Shown: positions 13,323-26,351 of the stretch, in pieces
Layout: the number at the start of each line of letters is the position of its first letter
Numbering within the stretch: the first letter of the stretch is position 1
Source: Azolla caroliniana
Lineage: Eukaryota > Plantae > Polypodiophyta
Direction: 5' to 3'
NCBI GenBank assembly: GCA_043228905.1
Contig: JBHGNT010000009.1
Location: 5,146,001 to 5,210,000 of the forward strand
Length of the DNA: 64,000 nucleotides
Notes under the pieces: generated by a model
Databases searched by the model: none
What the model saw: the letters and a program-made list of their open reading frames with translations, nothing else
What the model was told of the DNA's origin: nothing
Position numbers and translations under genes: made by a program

Positions 13323-14480
13323 ATGGCTACTGTTAGCGCCCAAGAATACCAATCCGTTTTCTCCGAGCTACAGTGCCTAAAAGAAAAGTTTGTTGCCCTG
13401 GAACAAGAAAACCAACGGCTGATAGGGGATCTGCAACAAATCGCTCTAGAAAAACAACAAACGCAACAACAACATGGGGAGTTAGCGTTACAGGTACAAC
13501 AACTCGAAGCAGCGTTGCAACAACAAGGATCCAGTCCCCAAGGATTTCATAAAGAGCCCAAGATTGGACTTCCTGTGAAATTTGATGGAACGCGTTCGCA
13601 ATTCCGGGGATTCCTTAATCAAGTACGCTTAGTCATCCAGATGCATCCTTCCCGATATCCCACTGATGCATCTCGAGTCGGCCTAATAGGCACGCTACTT
13701 AGCGGCTCAGCCTTGGCATGGTTTGCTCCGCTTCTAGAAAAACAATCACCCTTACTTAATAACTTTGAAGATTTTATTGGTGAGTTTAAAGCCTGCTTTG
13801 GAGACACCGACAGCATCAGGACGGCGATCAACAAGATCCGGCGATTGCGTCAAGGCGATCGTCCAGCCTCTGCCTACGCGGCGGATTTCCGCCTACTTGC
13901 TTCAGATATACCCTGGGATGATCAAGCACTAATGGAGCAGTTTCGCTATGGCTTGCGAAACGATGTCAAAGATCTACTTCTAACTTTCCCCGAAGAACCA
14001 AAGTCTCTTACGGAGGCAATCAGTCGAGCAGTTCGATGTGACAACCGCCTTTTTGAACGGCGTTCAGAACGTCAATTACAGATACCACACTCTAGGCCAG
14101 AGCCCACTTACGCCGCAGTCGCGGCTAAACCGTTTGCACGAGACATACCTCAAGCAAATACTTCGACACCGATGGAGATCGATACCATGCGTCAACGCGG
14201 CCCGTTATCGGAAGAAGAAAAGCAACGACGACGTGCCAATCGATTATGTCTTTATTGCGGTGGACCAGGACATATCGCCATCAATTGTCCCCATAGGCCA
14301 AGAAGACAGGTAAATAAAATCGTCGCCTGTACTAAACTCGAGTCAATTCTTCCCTTCGGAGTGTCTGATAGTATTAATAGTACTAATAGAGTGTCAGATA
14401 GTATTCATAGTACTAATAGCCCAAGTATCTCAAATAAATTTGAAATCCTTAGTCAATTAGATGAAGAGTTAAACGATTGA
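13323..14480 (+). CDS. gag: Retrotransposon Gag (coiled coil, PEG10/Ty3-like capsid, CCHC knuckle)
   Basis: PVKFDGTRSQFRGF, LRQGDRPASAYAADF, PMEID and CLYCGGPGHIAINC motifs. Confidence 0.93.
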   Translation: MATVSAQEYQSVFSELQCLKEKFVALEQENQRLIGDLQQIALEKQQTQQQHGELALQVQQLEAALQQQGSSPQGFHKEPKIGLPVKFDGTRSQFRGFLNQVRLVIQMHPSRYPTDASRVGLIGTLLSGSALAWFAPLLEKQSPLLNNFEDFIGEFKACFGDTDSIRTAINKIRRLRQGDRPASAYAADFRLLASDIPWDDQALMEQFRYGLRNDVKDLLLTFPEEPKSLTEAISRAVRCDNRLFERRSERQLQIPHSRPEPTYAAVAAKPFARDIPQANTSTPMEIDTMRQRGPLSEEEKQRRRANRLCLYCGGPGHIAINCPHRPRRQVNKIVACTKLESILPFGVSDSINSTNRVSDSIHSTNSPSISNKFEILSQLDEELND

Positions 14481-17400
14481 GTCCAGCCAAAATAGGAGCC
14501 ATTTGGTTGGACAGCAGCCCTAGATCTGTACAGCCCATTAGTGGTTCCATTCCTTCCAACCAAGTTAGCAATGTGTTCCTAGCCCAAGTCATTGTCAGTA
14601 CTAAAAGTACTCCCCCAGTACCCGTCCTATCACTTTTAGATTCCGGAGCTAATTCCTGTTTCATGGATCGAAATTTTGCCCAAGCTTCTCAGATATCCTT
14701 AAGAAAACTTCCTTGTCCCGCATCTGTAGTGGTCATTGATGGTCGTCCCATTGCTTCCGGGAATATTGTAGAAGAATCAGAACCCATTCAAGTTGTCCTA
14801 GGTAGTTTTGTGTGTATAATATCATTTAATATAATTAGTAGTCCAGAGCATCCCATTGTCCTAGGATTACCTTGGCTTGAATTACATAATCCAGCCATAG
14901 ATTGGAGAACAAGAGAAGTCCGATATCGACCACCCCAAGAATCAACTCACCGAGTTTCGACCATTTCACTCCATCAACTACGCGAACAAGGACCCAAGGA
15001 GGCAATGTTCCTATTTGCCATATCAGTACATCCTTCTAGCACTATTAAGAAGGACTCCTCAATACAACTTCCGGCAAAATATCATCCTTATGCCGATGTA
15101 TTTGACAAGGTAAAAGCCGGTACCCTTCCTCATCATCGTCCCTATGACTGTCCCATCGATTTACAACCAGGAACCGAGCCACCATGGGGACCAATTTACA
15201 ACTTGTCACCCACCAAGTTAGAAGTCCTTCGAGCCTACATAGAGGAGAACTTGGCAAGCGGGTTCATCCATCATTCGAAATCTCCGGCCGGTGCACCCAT
15301 CTTCTTTGTCAAGAAGAAAGATGGCTCACTTCGTCTTGTCGTTGATTACCGCGGATTGAATAAAGTCACCATCCGGAATAGGTATGCACTTCCTCTTATA
15401 TCAAGTCTTTTAGAGCGAGTTAATGGTGCCAAGTTTTTTACTAAAATCGACCTACGAGGAGCGTATAATCTCGTGCGGATCCGACCGGGAGATGAGTGGA
15501 AGACCGCTTTTCGCACGCGGTATGGGCATTTCGAGTATACTGTTATGCCGTTTGGCCTAACCAATGCACCCGCAGTCTTCCAACACATGGAAAATGATAT
15601 ATTCAGAGACCTCTTGGATATCTGTTTGATCATTTATCTGGATGATCTGTTGATTTATTCGAAGACCCAGGAAGAGCACGATTCTCATGTACTATTAGTA
15701 CTAAAGCGACTCCGCGAGAATGGTCTTTATGCCAAGCTAGAGAAATGTAGCTTTGACTGCAAGCAAGTGGAATTTCTAGGCTACGTCATCTCCTCAAAGG
15801 GCATCGCCATGGATCCAGCTAAAATCCGAACTGTACTAGAGTGGCAAATTCCACGGTCGGTACGAGATGTACAATGTTTTCTAGGCTTTGCTAACTTCTA
15901 CCGTAAGTTTATACAGGATTACTCGAAGATTATTTTACCTCTCACACAACTTACGAAGAAGGGCCAAGCATTTCTTTGGTCCATCGAAGCAGATATGGCT
16001 TTTCGGCATCTTAAGAAAACCTTTACATCAGCACCGATTCTAGCTCATGTGGATACAAGCAAACCATTCATCATGGAGGCCGACGCATCAGATTTCGCCC
16101 TCGGTAGCATCCTTTCTCAACAAGGCAATAAAGAAGAGTTGCATCCGGTGGCTTTCCATTCGCGCAAATTCAATGTCGCCGAAATCAACTACGAAATACA
16201 TGACAAGGAGTTATTAGCCATCGTGGATTCATTTGTACAATGGCGGCATTTCTTAGAGGGCTCTCCACATCAGGTCATTGTCTTTAGCGATCATAAAAAT
16301 CTTGCTTATTTTCAGAACGCTCGCGTACTAAATCGACGGCAAGCTCGGTGGGCGCAATTCCTCACACGTTTCAACTTCGAAATCACATATCGACCGGGCA
16401 AGCAGCAAGGAAAAGCAGATGCACTATCACGGCGTTCATATCTTGCACCTCGTCCTGGTGACGCAACATTTGATAATCAAAAGCAAGTAATCTTGGGACC
16501 AACACGATTGCACACGACGCGGATTTTTCACACCCCGATGGATTCACGGATTACCGATGACATACGTGCAACCTTGAAGACGGATAGTTTTGCTCAAGAC
16601 ATCCTGGCGCACATTGATACTTCTCGGGCATCCTGTTCTCAGTCTCAACAACCAGGTATTGACTACCGACAATTCGAATATCATGATGGTTTGTTATTCT
16701 TTAAAAAGCGTGTATATGTCCCCGATTGCTCCTGTCGCCTTCAAATCGTCCAACATTGTCACGACACCCATACGGCGGGACATTTCGGTAGTACCAAGAC
16801 GTTGGAGTTAGTGCAGCGATCTTTTTGGTGGCCCCACATGCGCCGTTTTGTCGACGACTACGTTCGGACCTGTGATGCTTGCTGCCGAGCAAAGATGCCA
16901 CGACACCATCCATATGGCTTGTTGGAACCTTTACCAATTCCAAGTAAGCCATGGCAGTCTATTTGTCTTGATTTTATCACAGATCTGCCGGTCTCGAAGG
17001 GGTTCGATGCTATCCTAACCGTCGTCGATCGATATACGAAGATGGCACATTTTGTGCCATGTACTAAAGCCATCACTAGCGAGGAAACCGCCGCTCTTGT
17101 TATGCGTGAGGTATTTCGGCATCATGGCCTACCAGACAGTATTATCAGTGACCGAGGCCCGCAATTTGTCTCCAAATTTTGGCAGCATCTCTTCAGGATG
17201 CTCAAGGTCTCCTGCAACCTCTCCTCCGGCTACCATCCTCAAACTGACAGACAGGCGGAACGAACAAACCAAACGTTGGAGCAATATCTCTGGTGTTTCC
17301 TGAGTTATCAACAGGACGATTGGGCCGAGATTCTCCACTTTGCGGAGTTTGCGTATAATAATGCTATTCACTCCTCGACTCGAGTCTCCCCATTTCTCGC

Positions 17401-17863
17401 TTATACCGGTTTCCATCCTCGCTGGTCGGTGATCGACACTCCGGAGCTACCTACCAACCCTCGTGCCAAGGACCATTTGGAGAGGCTACGCAAGATCCAG
17501 ATGGATCTCTCTACTCACCTTCGTCATGCTCAACACACACAGAAGACTTATGCGGATCGTCATCGGATGCCCTCCTCTTTTGCCATCGGAGATCGAGTAT
17601 GGCTCTTACGTCGTCACATCAAGACTACTCGACCGTGCGACAAGTTGGATTATCGACGACTCGGTCCTTTCCGTATTACGGGGAAGATTAATGATGTCAC
17701 CTTCCGCCTGGATCTCCCTCCGCAGCTTCAGGTACATCCGGTTTTCCATTGTTCTCTTCTTGAACCTTATAAAGCAAACACCATTCCCGATCGTGTGACA
17801 CCACCGCCGCCCCCGCCCGAGTCCAGTGTGGCCGCTGGAGTTGGACGCCGGCCCGGAGTATGA
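14477..17863 (+). CDS. pol: Pol polyprotein (PR-RT-RNase H-IN), reached by -1 frameshift; chromodomain out of frame
   Basis: LLDSGA (PR), YLDD (RT), DASDFALG/FSDHKNL (RH), HF..C..C and SDRGPQF (IN). Confidence 0.93.
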   Translation: MSPAKIGAIWLDSSPRSVQPISGSIPSNQVSNVFLAQVIVSTKSTPPVPVLSLLDSGANSCFMDRNFAQASQISLRKLPCPASVVVIDGRPIASGNIVEESEPIQVVLGSFVCIISFNIISSPEHPIVLGLPWLELHNPAIDWRTREVRYRPPQESTHRVSTISLHQLREQGPKEAMFLFAISVHPSSTIKKDSSIQLPAKYHPYADVFDKVKAGTLPHHRPYDCPIDLQPGTEPPWGPIYNLSPTKLEVLRAYIEENLASGFIHHSKSPAGAPIFFVKKKDGSLRLVVDYRGLNKVTIRNRYALPLISSLLERVNGAKFFTKIDLRGAYNLVRIRPGDEWKTAFRTRYGHFEYTVMPFGLTNAPAVFQHMENDIFRDLLDICLIIYLDDLLIYSKTQEEHDSHVLLVLKRLRENGLYAKLEKCSFDCKQVEFLGYVISSKGIAMDPAKIRTVLEWQIPRSVRDVQCFLGFANFYRKFIQDYSKIILPLTQLTKKGQAFLWSIEADMAFRHLKKTFTSAPILAHVDTSKPFIMEADASDFALGSILSQQGNKEELHPVAFHSRKFNVAEINYEIHDKELLAIVDSFVQWRHFLEGSPHQVIVFSDHKNLAYFQNARVLNRRQARWAQFLTRFNFEITYRPGKQQGKADALSRRSYLAPRPGDATFDNQKQVILGPTRLHTTRIFHTPMDSRITDDIRATLKTDSFAQDILAHIDTSRASCSQSQQPGIDYRQFEYHDGLLFFKKRVYVPDCSCRLQIVQHCHDTHTAGHFGSTKTLELVQRSFWWPHMRRFVDDYVRTCDACCRAKMPRHHPYGLLEPLPIPSKPWQSICLDFITDLPVSKGFDAILTVVDRYTKMAHFVPCTKAITSEETAALVMREVFRHHGLPDSIISDRGPQFVSKFWQHLFRMLKVSCNLSSGYHPQTDRQAERTNQTLEQYLWCFLSYQQDDWAEILHFAEFAYNNAIHSSTRVSPFLAYTGFHPRWSVIDTPELPTNPRAKDHLERLRKIQMDLSTHLRHAQHTQKTYADRHRMPSSFAIGDRVWLLRRHIKTTRPCDKLDYRRLGPFRITGKINDVTFRLDLPPQLQVHPVFHCSLLEPYKANTIPDRVTPPPPPPESSVAAGVGRRPGV

Positions 17864-18068
17864 AGTTGCTGCCATCCTCGATTCCAAACTTGTTCGCAAC
17901 AAACTTTATTACTTGGTCGATTGGCTCGGTTATAGTCCGAGCGAACGTACTTGGGAACCTGTCGAGAATGTTGCCAATGCACAAGATCTTCTTGCTGATT
18001 TCCACCGAAAGTATCCGGACAAACCCGGTCCGCAATTAGCGCCGACTCGTTCCACTCGTCGTCTTTAA
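17826..18068 (+). pseudogene. Chromodomain of copy 1 Pol, frameshifted by a ~22-nt insertion
   Basis: EYEVAAILDSK...YYLVDWLGYSPSERTWEP is in frame with Pol in copy 2 but not here. Confidence 0.85.
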
Positions 18069-18079
18069 GGGGGAGATAG

Positions 18080-18518
18080 TGTCATGACAAGACTCGAACC
18101 CATGACTTTATGCTGCATGGGTCGAGCTCTTACCATTAGATTATGAATTGTATTTTGTAGGATATTATTTTCATTTATACTTTATCATAGAAAATTGATG
18201 TATATTCCAGATCTCTCTGGAACATTCTAGAAGCTTCAGGATTATTCCTAAAAACACTATAAAAGGAGGCACAAGGCATTGTTTTGAACCAAATTGGTTC
18301 AACGCCAGTCTTAAGCCTCTTAGCCGCTTGTACTTATCTTTTCACATAATATATAGCTGTTGTCATCATCTCTCTCTCTCTCTCATTCTCACTCTCTCTC
18401 TCTCTCTCCTCTTCTCACTTCCTCTCTCGGGAATCTTACGCAGTCCCGTCCTCTTAGTACTAATAGTATTGCTGTTCTTAGTACTAATTCCATCTCTGTT
18501 TTAGTACTATTCCTGACA
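18080..18518 (+). repeat. 3' LTR of chromovirus copy 1
   Basis: TGTCA...TGACA, followed by TSD ATACA. Confidence 0.95.
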
Positions 18519-19199
18519 ATACATTTGCATAAACCAAACTAGTATCATTTGTCAATTAATAAGGATGTTTGATTCAAAGTAGGATATCATGCAATTCATT
18601 ACATATCATCTAGTAAATTTATGAAATATTCAAATGCTTTCAACCCTTACATAGTGAACAATTATCATCTCATAAATTGGTTTGCGTTGATCTTGGGTAT
18701 ATTGGTTGGTTAAAAGAATAGAACCTAGCCATAGTATTGTGAAATGTACATAAGAGATCAAAACCAACCTTATTAACTTCTTACTTCTTACTCAATTTAT
18801 AGTTGATACAAAGGTACCCATTTGGGTTGGCTTAGCTAAAAAGGGTGTGCTAAAAGAGTGGGTCGGCTTAGGTACATGCATTCTAAAAAGGGAATGTGAA
18901 AAGGGTGGCACAAAGGAACACATGCACACCACAATATATATATTATCCTTTGAATATGAAACAAAAAAGAGAGGGAACAAATGTGCGCATGAGAAACATA
19001 CTTGAAGGATTGCCTCACGCTCACAATTGGACGTTCATACATAAAGAATATCCTTACCTTAGTTAAGAAAAGCACAACATACAAATTAGATGTAAAGGAA
19101 ACCAAAAGACTTCTAAAACCATCATTTGAAAGTCAATGGTTGACCACATATCCTTCATTTATGTGAGGTAAGTAGATGGATGACTTTATATACATCCAA

Positions 19200-21560
19200 A
19201 GTAGCGGAAACAACCAACAAGACGGAGAGAATTGCCAGATCATCCTACAATGTTCCATCTACAAACTACAATATAGCTCCAAAGCTTCGGAAAAGCATTT
19301 GTAAATAATATTTCAGAATCCATATCTATAGGAAAAATTTCATATACAACTTTTAAGAACTCACCAATTCTAAGGAAGTGGAAGCAACACTTTCTTTAAG
19401 TAGCACTATTTGACCCTCATACATCAATACACACCCATCTTTCCACAAAGACTATAACACAATTGGAGCCAATTGATCCCACAACTCCTTTAATTGCAAA
19501 AGAACACTCAAGCTAATATTTGATCCTATAAGAAAGCTAACATCCAATTTGTTATTCCAAAAACATGATTGGAGTTCATCTCATAAGAAGAAAAAGAATT
19601 ATGTAATGGAATCCAAACCACATTGCCCCATGAAATGAAGCATATCAACCTCGCAATCATAAAAAATTCTCAAAAGCCAACTCTAAAATGTTTTGACCAA
19701 TTTACACTCCCCAAAAAAATACCGAATAGATTATTTTGATTGGCAAATTGGACAATTTACCTCAGGATGGTATATCAACATACCAACAAGAACTCTATGT
19801 TGAAACAATAGCCATTGAAAAGTCATAATTCTTTGAGCAATTTGCCTATACCAAATTTGACCCCAAAAACTTCTCAAGAAGTGGTTAGGAATCCCTTGAG
19901 CATTCCAATAATATTCCATAGCAAGATACTTAGGGTTCTTATAATAATAATATGTTACCTAACTTTATGAAGTATTGAATAACAATTATATCACTTTACC
20001 GTGGAATACAACTAGATTCGTCCAAACAAAATCTTCAAGATCCCATAATAACCGTACCAAAGGCCGGTTATCCAACACCAATAGAAACCATCCTGCTTTT
20101 ATATCCTACGAATTCAAGTCAATTAACCAATCATCAGATGATGTACCCACAACTCTTACCCTATGAACATTGGCTAACCATAAGACCTCCACATATGTCA
20201 CGTTAGGCACCAATCTACTATCATCCAAAACTTCAAAAGACTAGAACTCATTATTCCTTTGCATCATATTCACATTCAACAAGACTTGTAAAGGAAAAAA
20301 ATAACCAACTGAGATAGATCACAGAACATATCAATTGTGATTATTTTAAAAATAATTTGTTTGCAACATAGAATTTATGATATCAAACATAAGTCTACCA
20401 ACACGAATACTTTGTAGATAAGTCTTACGCATTGATTGAGACCAAGCTAGAAAAGCACATCAAGATGCAAACAATGTTACACGCTGAGAAAAATATTGTA
20501 AAGCATCAAATACTCAATCAAGATTCTCCTTTGTTCCTTCAACATACAATTTTGTATCATCTACAAATTCAACATCAAGCAAGGAAATCTGACCCATTGG
20601 CAAAAGTAATCCTCTAATATTAGCTTTAGAAATCTTCAGAAAACCCCATAGTTTTAGCATAAAAAATAAAAAATAAAAAAGGTGCCATTAAGCACCCTTG
20701 ATGAATCGATTGAGATAATGGCAACTTAGTTTATTTGCCCTAGGCTACCATCACCGAATTAACGGCATGAATGTGCAATGTTGTGACTCCACCAATCCAA
20801 TCCATTCCTCAAAGAACACCCATTTTCCTCAACATGGCTTATAAGAACTACCAATCGACTCTATCATAAGCCTTCCTAAAGTCTAACAAAAAAATAGCCA
20901 AGTCCTGACATGATTTCATTGCCAATACAACGGTTTCATAAAAAATAAAAATACTATGCAAAATGTTTATATCGTTAATAAAACATTGTAATCAAGTAGC
21001 CAAAGTTTTTGCATCCATCTCATATATAGTATTTAATAACATAATTGGATGCCAGTTAGCAATATCTTCTACTTGAGCTTCCCTTTTAAGGATGAAAAAA
21101 CCAAACCTTCTGATAAATCATGTGGCATACATCCTGTAGCAAAAATTCCATTAAATGTAGGACTAGTAGTGACACTACGTCTAATCCAAGACCAATACTT
21201 TTCAAAGATTGACTTTATTAGACCATCATTGCCAAGATGTGCTTTCAGATTCAACTCTAATAAAGTAGAGCAAATCACATATGCCGTTATTGGTTGCATC
21301 AAAGTTTATAATATCTGTAATGAGACCAAACACGGAATCCACTCAAGAATATTCTTCCTTGCCTACAAATCCACAGAAAAGGATACATCCATCAATAAAT
21401 ATTTGTAAAAAGCAAAGCAAGCATTCTCTTACACCAACATGATCATCACTTAATATACAATTAGAACGCCTTAAATGAAGGCTTTGAATTCTTGCATATT
21501 TCAACCCATGCATCTTCTTATTTCCTCTAAGCCCTAAATTTACCATGTCACGTATATTCA
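19200..21560 (-). mobile_element. Highly degraded L1-type LINE (RT to zf-RVT remnants)
   Basis: Minus-strand fragments FWGQIW...IMTFQWLL (19731-19919) and pre-RT-like pieces near 21000-21550, with many stops. Boundaries are approximate. Confidence 0.6.
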
Positions 21561-21851
21561 ATGATTGATTATAATGTTTTGAGTTTCACCATACTAGAGA
21601 AAACACATTATTTTCACTAGTGTCCTAACCAAGGAAACCTTTTGAACTTTTCCTTCCTCATTACAAAATATAATATTACGGAATGTGTATAATAAAAAAA
21701 GAACTAGGTGAGAGTTAGCGTAGGGGTTTGTCCCTTTCACTATGAGTATCAAATATTAACAAGACAATATGCTTTAAAGCACAATGTGAATGAGATGTCC
21801 GGACAAGCTATTGGTCCAATAGATCCACAATGTTGTCTTGTTGAATTCAAA

Positions 21852-22028
21852 ATGTAATATATATAAACATGGTAGTGTAATGATACAACGTGACGACGTT
21901 GTAATATATGTATATAAACATGTTGTTTTCTTTTCGCCATGATGTAATATATATAAACATGGTAGTGTAATGATACAACGTGACGACGTTGTAATATATG
22001 TATATAAACATGTTTTCTTTTCGCCATG
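21852..22028. repeat. ~90-bp tandem duplication
   Basis: ATGTAATATATATAAACATGGTAGTGTAATGATACAACGTGACGACGTTG... occurs twice. Confidence 0.85.
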
Positions 22029-23500
22029 CAAGTTGGCGTGTAAGATATGAGTTGTATATTATCCTATGTACATTGCCTTAACAAATGGAAGTAGTCTTTT
22101 TTTGGAATATATATATATATATATATATACATGTTACTTCTCTATTATGCTATGAAATATTAAATTGTTCATGAAATGCAGTCTTTGAAAAAAAGAAACG
22201 ATATTGGATTTCTCAACAACTTTTGGTATTTCATTATTGTGAATAAGATTTTGGTATTTCTCGACACCACATGAAAAACTAGTTAATAATATTTTCTTTA
22301 GTGGTGTTGTTGGCTATTTTATCATTTTATCACTAGAATATTATGAGTCACAACTTTAAACGAAGGATTGATTAAAGTACCATGCCAACAAAGTGGTCGA
22401 ATTCTTGGCAAGAGTTGCACTTTCTAGTATGTTACGTGTAAAGTTTTCATGACACCTTGTCAAGGCAACACCCTTTTCTAAAGAGATCCTATTGTAATGA
22501 GTTTAACAAATGATTCCCTATTTTTCTCTTCTTTCCATTTGCTTCGCAAACCAATTTTTTATTTTTTTTTATTTTTAAACAAAACTACACCATAGTTTCC
22601 ATTACCAATCCAATAAGCATATACAAGACATATAATGAATTATGATACAATCTAGTGGGGGGTAAGATATCCCCCATTATGTCATAATTGAAACCAACCT
22701 CCACCTATGGAGGAAACAACCATCGAGGGGGTACATATTGCCACTCCATTTTGTCATTTCTCTCCACAAAAACAAACAAATCCTTCCACTTGCCTTTAAA
22801 GGATTGTTGTTTCAGAAAAATCTTATCTTCATTACCGGTGAAGGAGTCATATTAACCTTTTAAAATTGAAATAAGCATCGACCAATTTTCTTTCACACAA
22901 TGAACAAGATTTTGCTTTATTTGTTGAAACACAATTTTTTTCCCATAAAAATATCCTCCATTGGTATTTACATAAAGTGGCCCAAGGCAATATACAAAAT
23001 AGTCCACTATTACAAAGAAAATTGCAACATAATTAACTAGAAAACTATTGAACGCTCGTGTAGCTTCAACAGTCTCAACAACACCGGGTTCAAAAAACCC
23101 CATCTTTTTACAAACTGAATATGGATTTTTGGCCTTTATCAGTGTAATCTATGCCACCTATATCTCAGCATCTCTTCTACTTTGATGCAATTTGATAGTG
23201 TCATATGTCATTCTATATCTCACATAATGCCTGCTAAAGGAGAATGAATGACTGGTCATTTTGATTATCCAACTTCTCCAAAGCATGCCTCAGCCCTGCT
23301 TCCAAGGTTCACAAAATGAGATTACGTCTCTCTAACATGCATACAAAATCAGGCACCTTTAGAAACCCCTGCAATCTTAATACAACTTTGCCGATGAATT
23401 CCAATGTTTGTTGTCAAAAAATGCATGCTGATGATAGCAACATGTAGAGCCTGGAACCAAAGTGATATAGATTTTCACAGTTTTCTTCCCCATCATGTAC

Positions 23501-23630
23501 AACAAAGAAAAGAGGAAAACACTCTCCAAATCTGAAAATTAATAAACACATATGCAATTCTCCCTTTCACTCCCTAGAAATGTTTCATCCTCCATTAAAA
23601 TCCTCCATCTCTTCCACAAATTTAGACGAA

Positions 23631-23670
<40 letters not shown>

Positions 23671-24627
23671 TTTTCCCCTTTTCCATCTATAAGGACGACT
23701 TCCCCAAACAAAGTTGTCCTTATAACATCAGCCATGTCAACGACGGATATCACCCACACGATGTACCTATGACAACAAAATGTTATAGTAACCGCATCAC
23801 CTCAATAAAAATGCTTCAGCCCCCAGACCATCTTCACTCATCCTTATCACAAAAAAACTTCATTCAGTCCACATAAACCATCTCGCCGAATATCGCCAAA
23901 TTCTTGTATAAATAACAACAAAATGAATCTAGATTATTTCCTCCTCCCCTAATGATTTGCTTCGGACCCCACATCATCATCACTCATCCTCTCGTCATGT
24001 TACTATGCTTCAATCCCGCGGCATCACCATCATCAGTCATCATAATGAGAAACCTAAAGTCTTCTTCATTTAGTCCACATAACAAAGAAAAGAGGAAAAC
24101 ACTCTCCAAATCTAAAAATTAATAAACACATAAGCAATTCTCCCTTTCACTCCCTAGAAATGCTTCATCCTCCATTAAAATCATCCATCTCTTCCACAAA
24201 TTTAGACAAAGTAAATATATATACATTTTTCCCCTTTTCCATCTATAAGGATGGTTTCCCCCATGCAAAGTTGTCCTTATAACATCAGCCATGTCGACCA
24301 CAGATATCGCCCAAACGATGTACCTATGACAACAAAATGATATAGTAACCGCATCATCTCAATAAAAATGCTTCAGCCCCCATACCATCTTCACTCATCC
24401 TTATCACAATTTTTTTTTCATTCAGTCCACATAAACCATCTCGCTGAATATCGTCAAATTCCTATATAAATAACAACAAAATGAATCTAGACTATTTCCT
24501 CCTCCCCTCATGATCTGCTTCAAACCCCACCATCATCACTCATCCTCTCGTCATGTTACTATGCTTCAATCCCGCAGCATCACCATCATCAGTCATCGTA
24601 ATGAGAAACCTAAAGTCTTCTTCATTC
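23501..24627. repeat. ~580-bp tandem duplication (2 copies)
   Basis: AACAAAGAAAAGAGGAAAACACTCTCCAAATCT starts at 23501 and 24081. The copies are colinear apart from a (TA)n length difference. Confidence 0.9.
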
Positions 24628-25049
24628 AAACCACATCAACATGTCAATGTCACCGACCATCTTGCCCTCTCGCTGATGCCCACCAACATCCTTCTCATAA
24701 TCAGCATTCAGCCCTAGAACATCATCACTCATCCTTACAAAAAACAGAAAATGAATTTCCTCCAATCCACATCAATCATCGCACCATCACTGATGATCAC
24801 CAACATATCAACTTCCTTCTCAAACACAAAAAATTCAAAAAATTATGTTGTTATGAAGGAAATATATTTCATCCCAACTTAAGAATGAAATAAGAAAGGA
24901 CTAGGCGGAGAAAACAACCATCATGGGGGCACATTATTCCAACTATTTTCATGTGTCCCCTCCAACCATAGAGGTATTGGCCACCATATTTGACGAATTT
25001 TCCTTCTTTTCTTATGCACCTTTTCTGTTGTTCCTTTGATATTATCATA

Positions 25050-26015
25050 CTCTCCCTTAACTGTATGTATCAAGTTGTCCTAGAACATCTTTATCATATC
25101 CACCACATTATACTCGATACCTTCATATTTCTTGATGCACCGACACTTCCACCACACCCATAAAGCATTAATCGAAACAATATTCTAAACAAAAGATTTT
25201 TTAAAATATTTACCACCCGCAATGTTCAGGAAAACCGTTTCAATTCTATTCTCCGATACACGCAATGCTTCCGCATATTGTTCCCCTTCGTACATGGATA
25301 CCTACACATCCAAAGACCCCAAAAATAGTTCCCCATGTAAAAATCGCTCCTCTATATTTACATGAAAACATCCTCAACATTCTTCCCCAATATTTTCGAG
25401 CTGCAATACAAGTCCAAAACAAATGTTTCAAAGTCTCCTCATGTAATTGGCAACACACACAGTGACGATCATCAACTTGTCCTTTTAGGTGAAAACCTAC
25501 AGGTAAAGCATAATGAAGTAATAACCACTTAAAAGAAATGGCTCTCCGCAGACATGGTAGAGCCCGTAAACTTTTCCAGTAAGCTACCAGATATTGAGAC
25601 AATATTGCACCTGACTCCCAATACTTTTGTGCAGCAGGACACAATGCCGATGCAACAAGAAGCATCTCCCATTGCCCACAAAATATTGGGAAAAAAGGAA
25701 TAGTCCTACTTTCTTGTTCATTTGTCGAGGACTTTCCAACCAACAACCATGCATAATCAGTCGGATCCCAATTAAGGTGTTCCATCGGCTTACTTTGAAA
25801 TGCCCACAATTGTCATGCATGATCTGCCAAAAAAGGGTTAGGATCTAGGAAAATCTTCTTGTCTAACCTAGCAATGACCCTAATGGGTTTTTGGGAGGTT
25901 AGTTGCATAAATTTAGCTTCTTCTTCCACTAAATATAAAAAACCAGCATCCCCAACCTCATAAAATCTTATTCTACCCTCGTTAGTGTATGCCTTGGCAC
26001 CTATTAAAATGCCCA
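25050..26015 (-). mobile_element. L1-type LINE 3' part (zf-RVT); its upstream part lies at 26913-28135 (+) because of an inversion
   Basis: YWKSL...FKWLLLHYALPVG...CVCCQLHEETLKHLFWTC; joins WYGLFSP at 28135 to LGILIGAKAY. Confidence 0.8.
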
Positions 26016-26351
26016 ACTCGAGCCTCGATCGGCGTCCCATACCACCGTCGTGGCGTCGAGTCGTACCTGGTGCTGGCGCGCTTGCTACAAGAGTTGACCC
26101 ACTACAAGACAGAGTCTCGACGTAGTCAACAAGATGATGAAATGAGGGTAGCTAGGCCTCTATTTATAGCGATACCCAAGGCCCCCAACCATGTTCACAG
26201 TTGGCCTAATGGGTTGACAGTCTCAATCCCGAGGATTTAAAAGTAATCCTCCCCTTCTTTACACTCTCATTTAACCCTCACACTTATCCACGTGTATAGA
26301 ATACTACGGTAAATTCTCACCACGGGATATTATATGGTCATGCCCGTAACA
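26016..26351 (-). repeat. Inverted 5' part of the 5' LTR of the outer Met-primed chromovirus
   Basis: Reverse complement of 47601-47931. Flanked by TAAGG, the reverse complement of TSD CCTTA at 48057. Confidence 0.93.

Larger units (their letters stand above)
12815..18518 (+). mobile_element. Full-length Ty3/Gypsy chromovirus (Tcn1/Tf1-like), copy 1
   Basis: 439-bp LTRs at 12815-13253 and 18080-18518 (~9 mismatches by eye), TSD ATACA on both sides, PPT AAGGGGGAGATAG, and gag-PR-RT-RH-IN-chromodomain order. Confidence 0.97.

Noticed and set aside
22640-24960. Possible DNA transposon around the 580-bp duplication, with similar GGA.AAACAACCATC..GGGGG motifs near 22710 and 24908
   Set aside because: No TIR pair, TSD or transposase motif could be identified.
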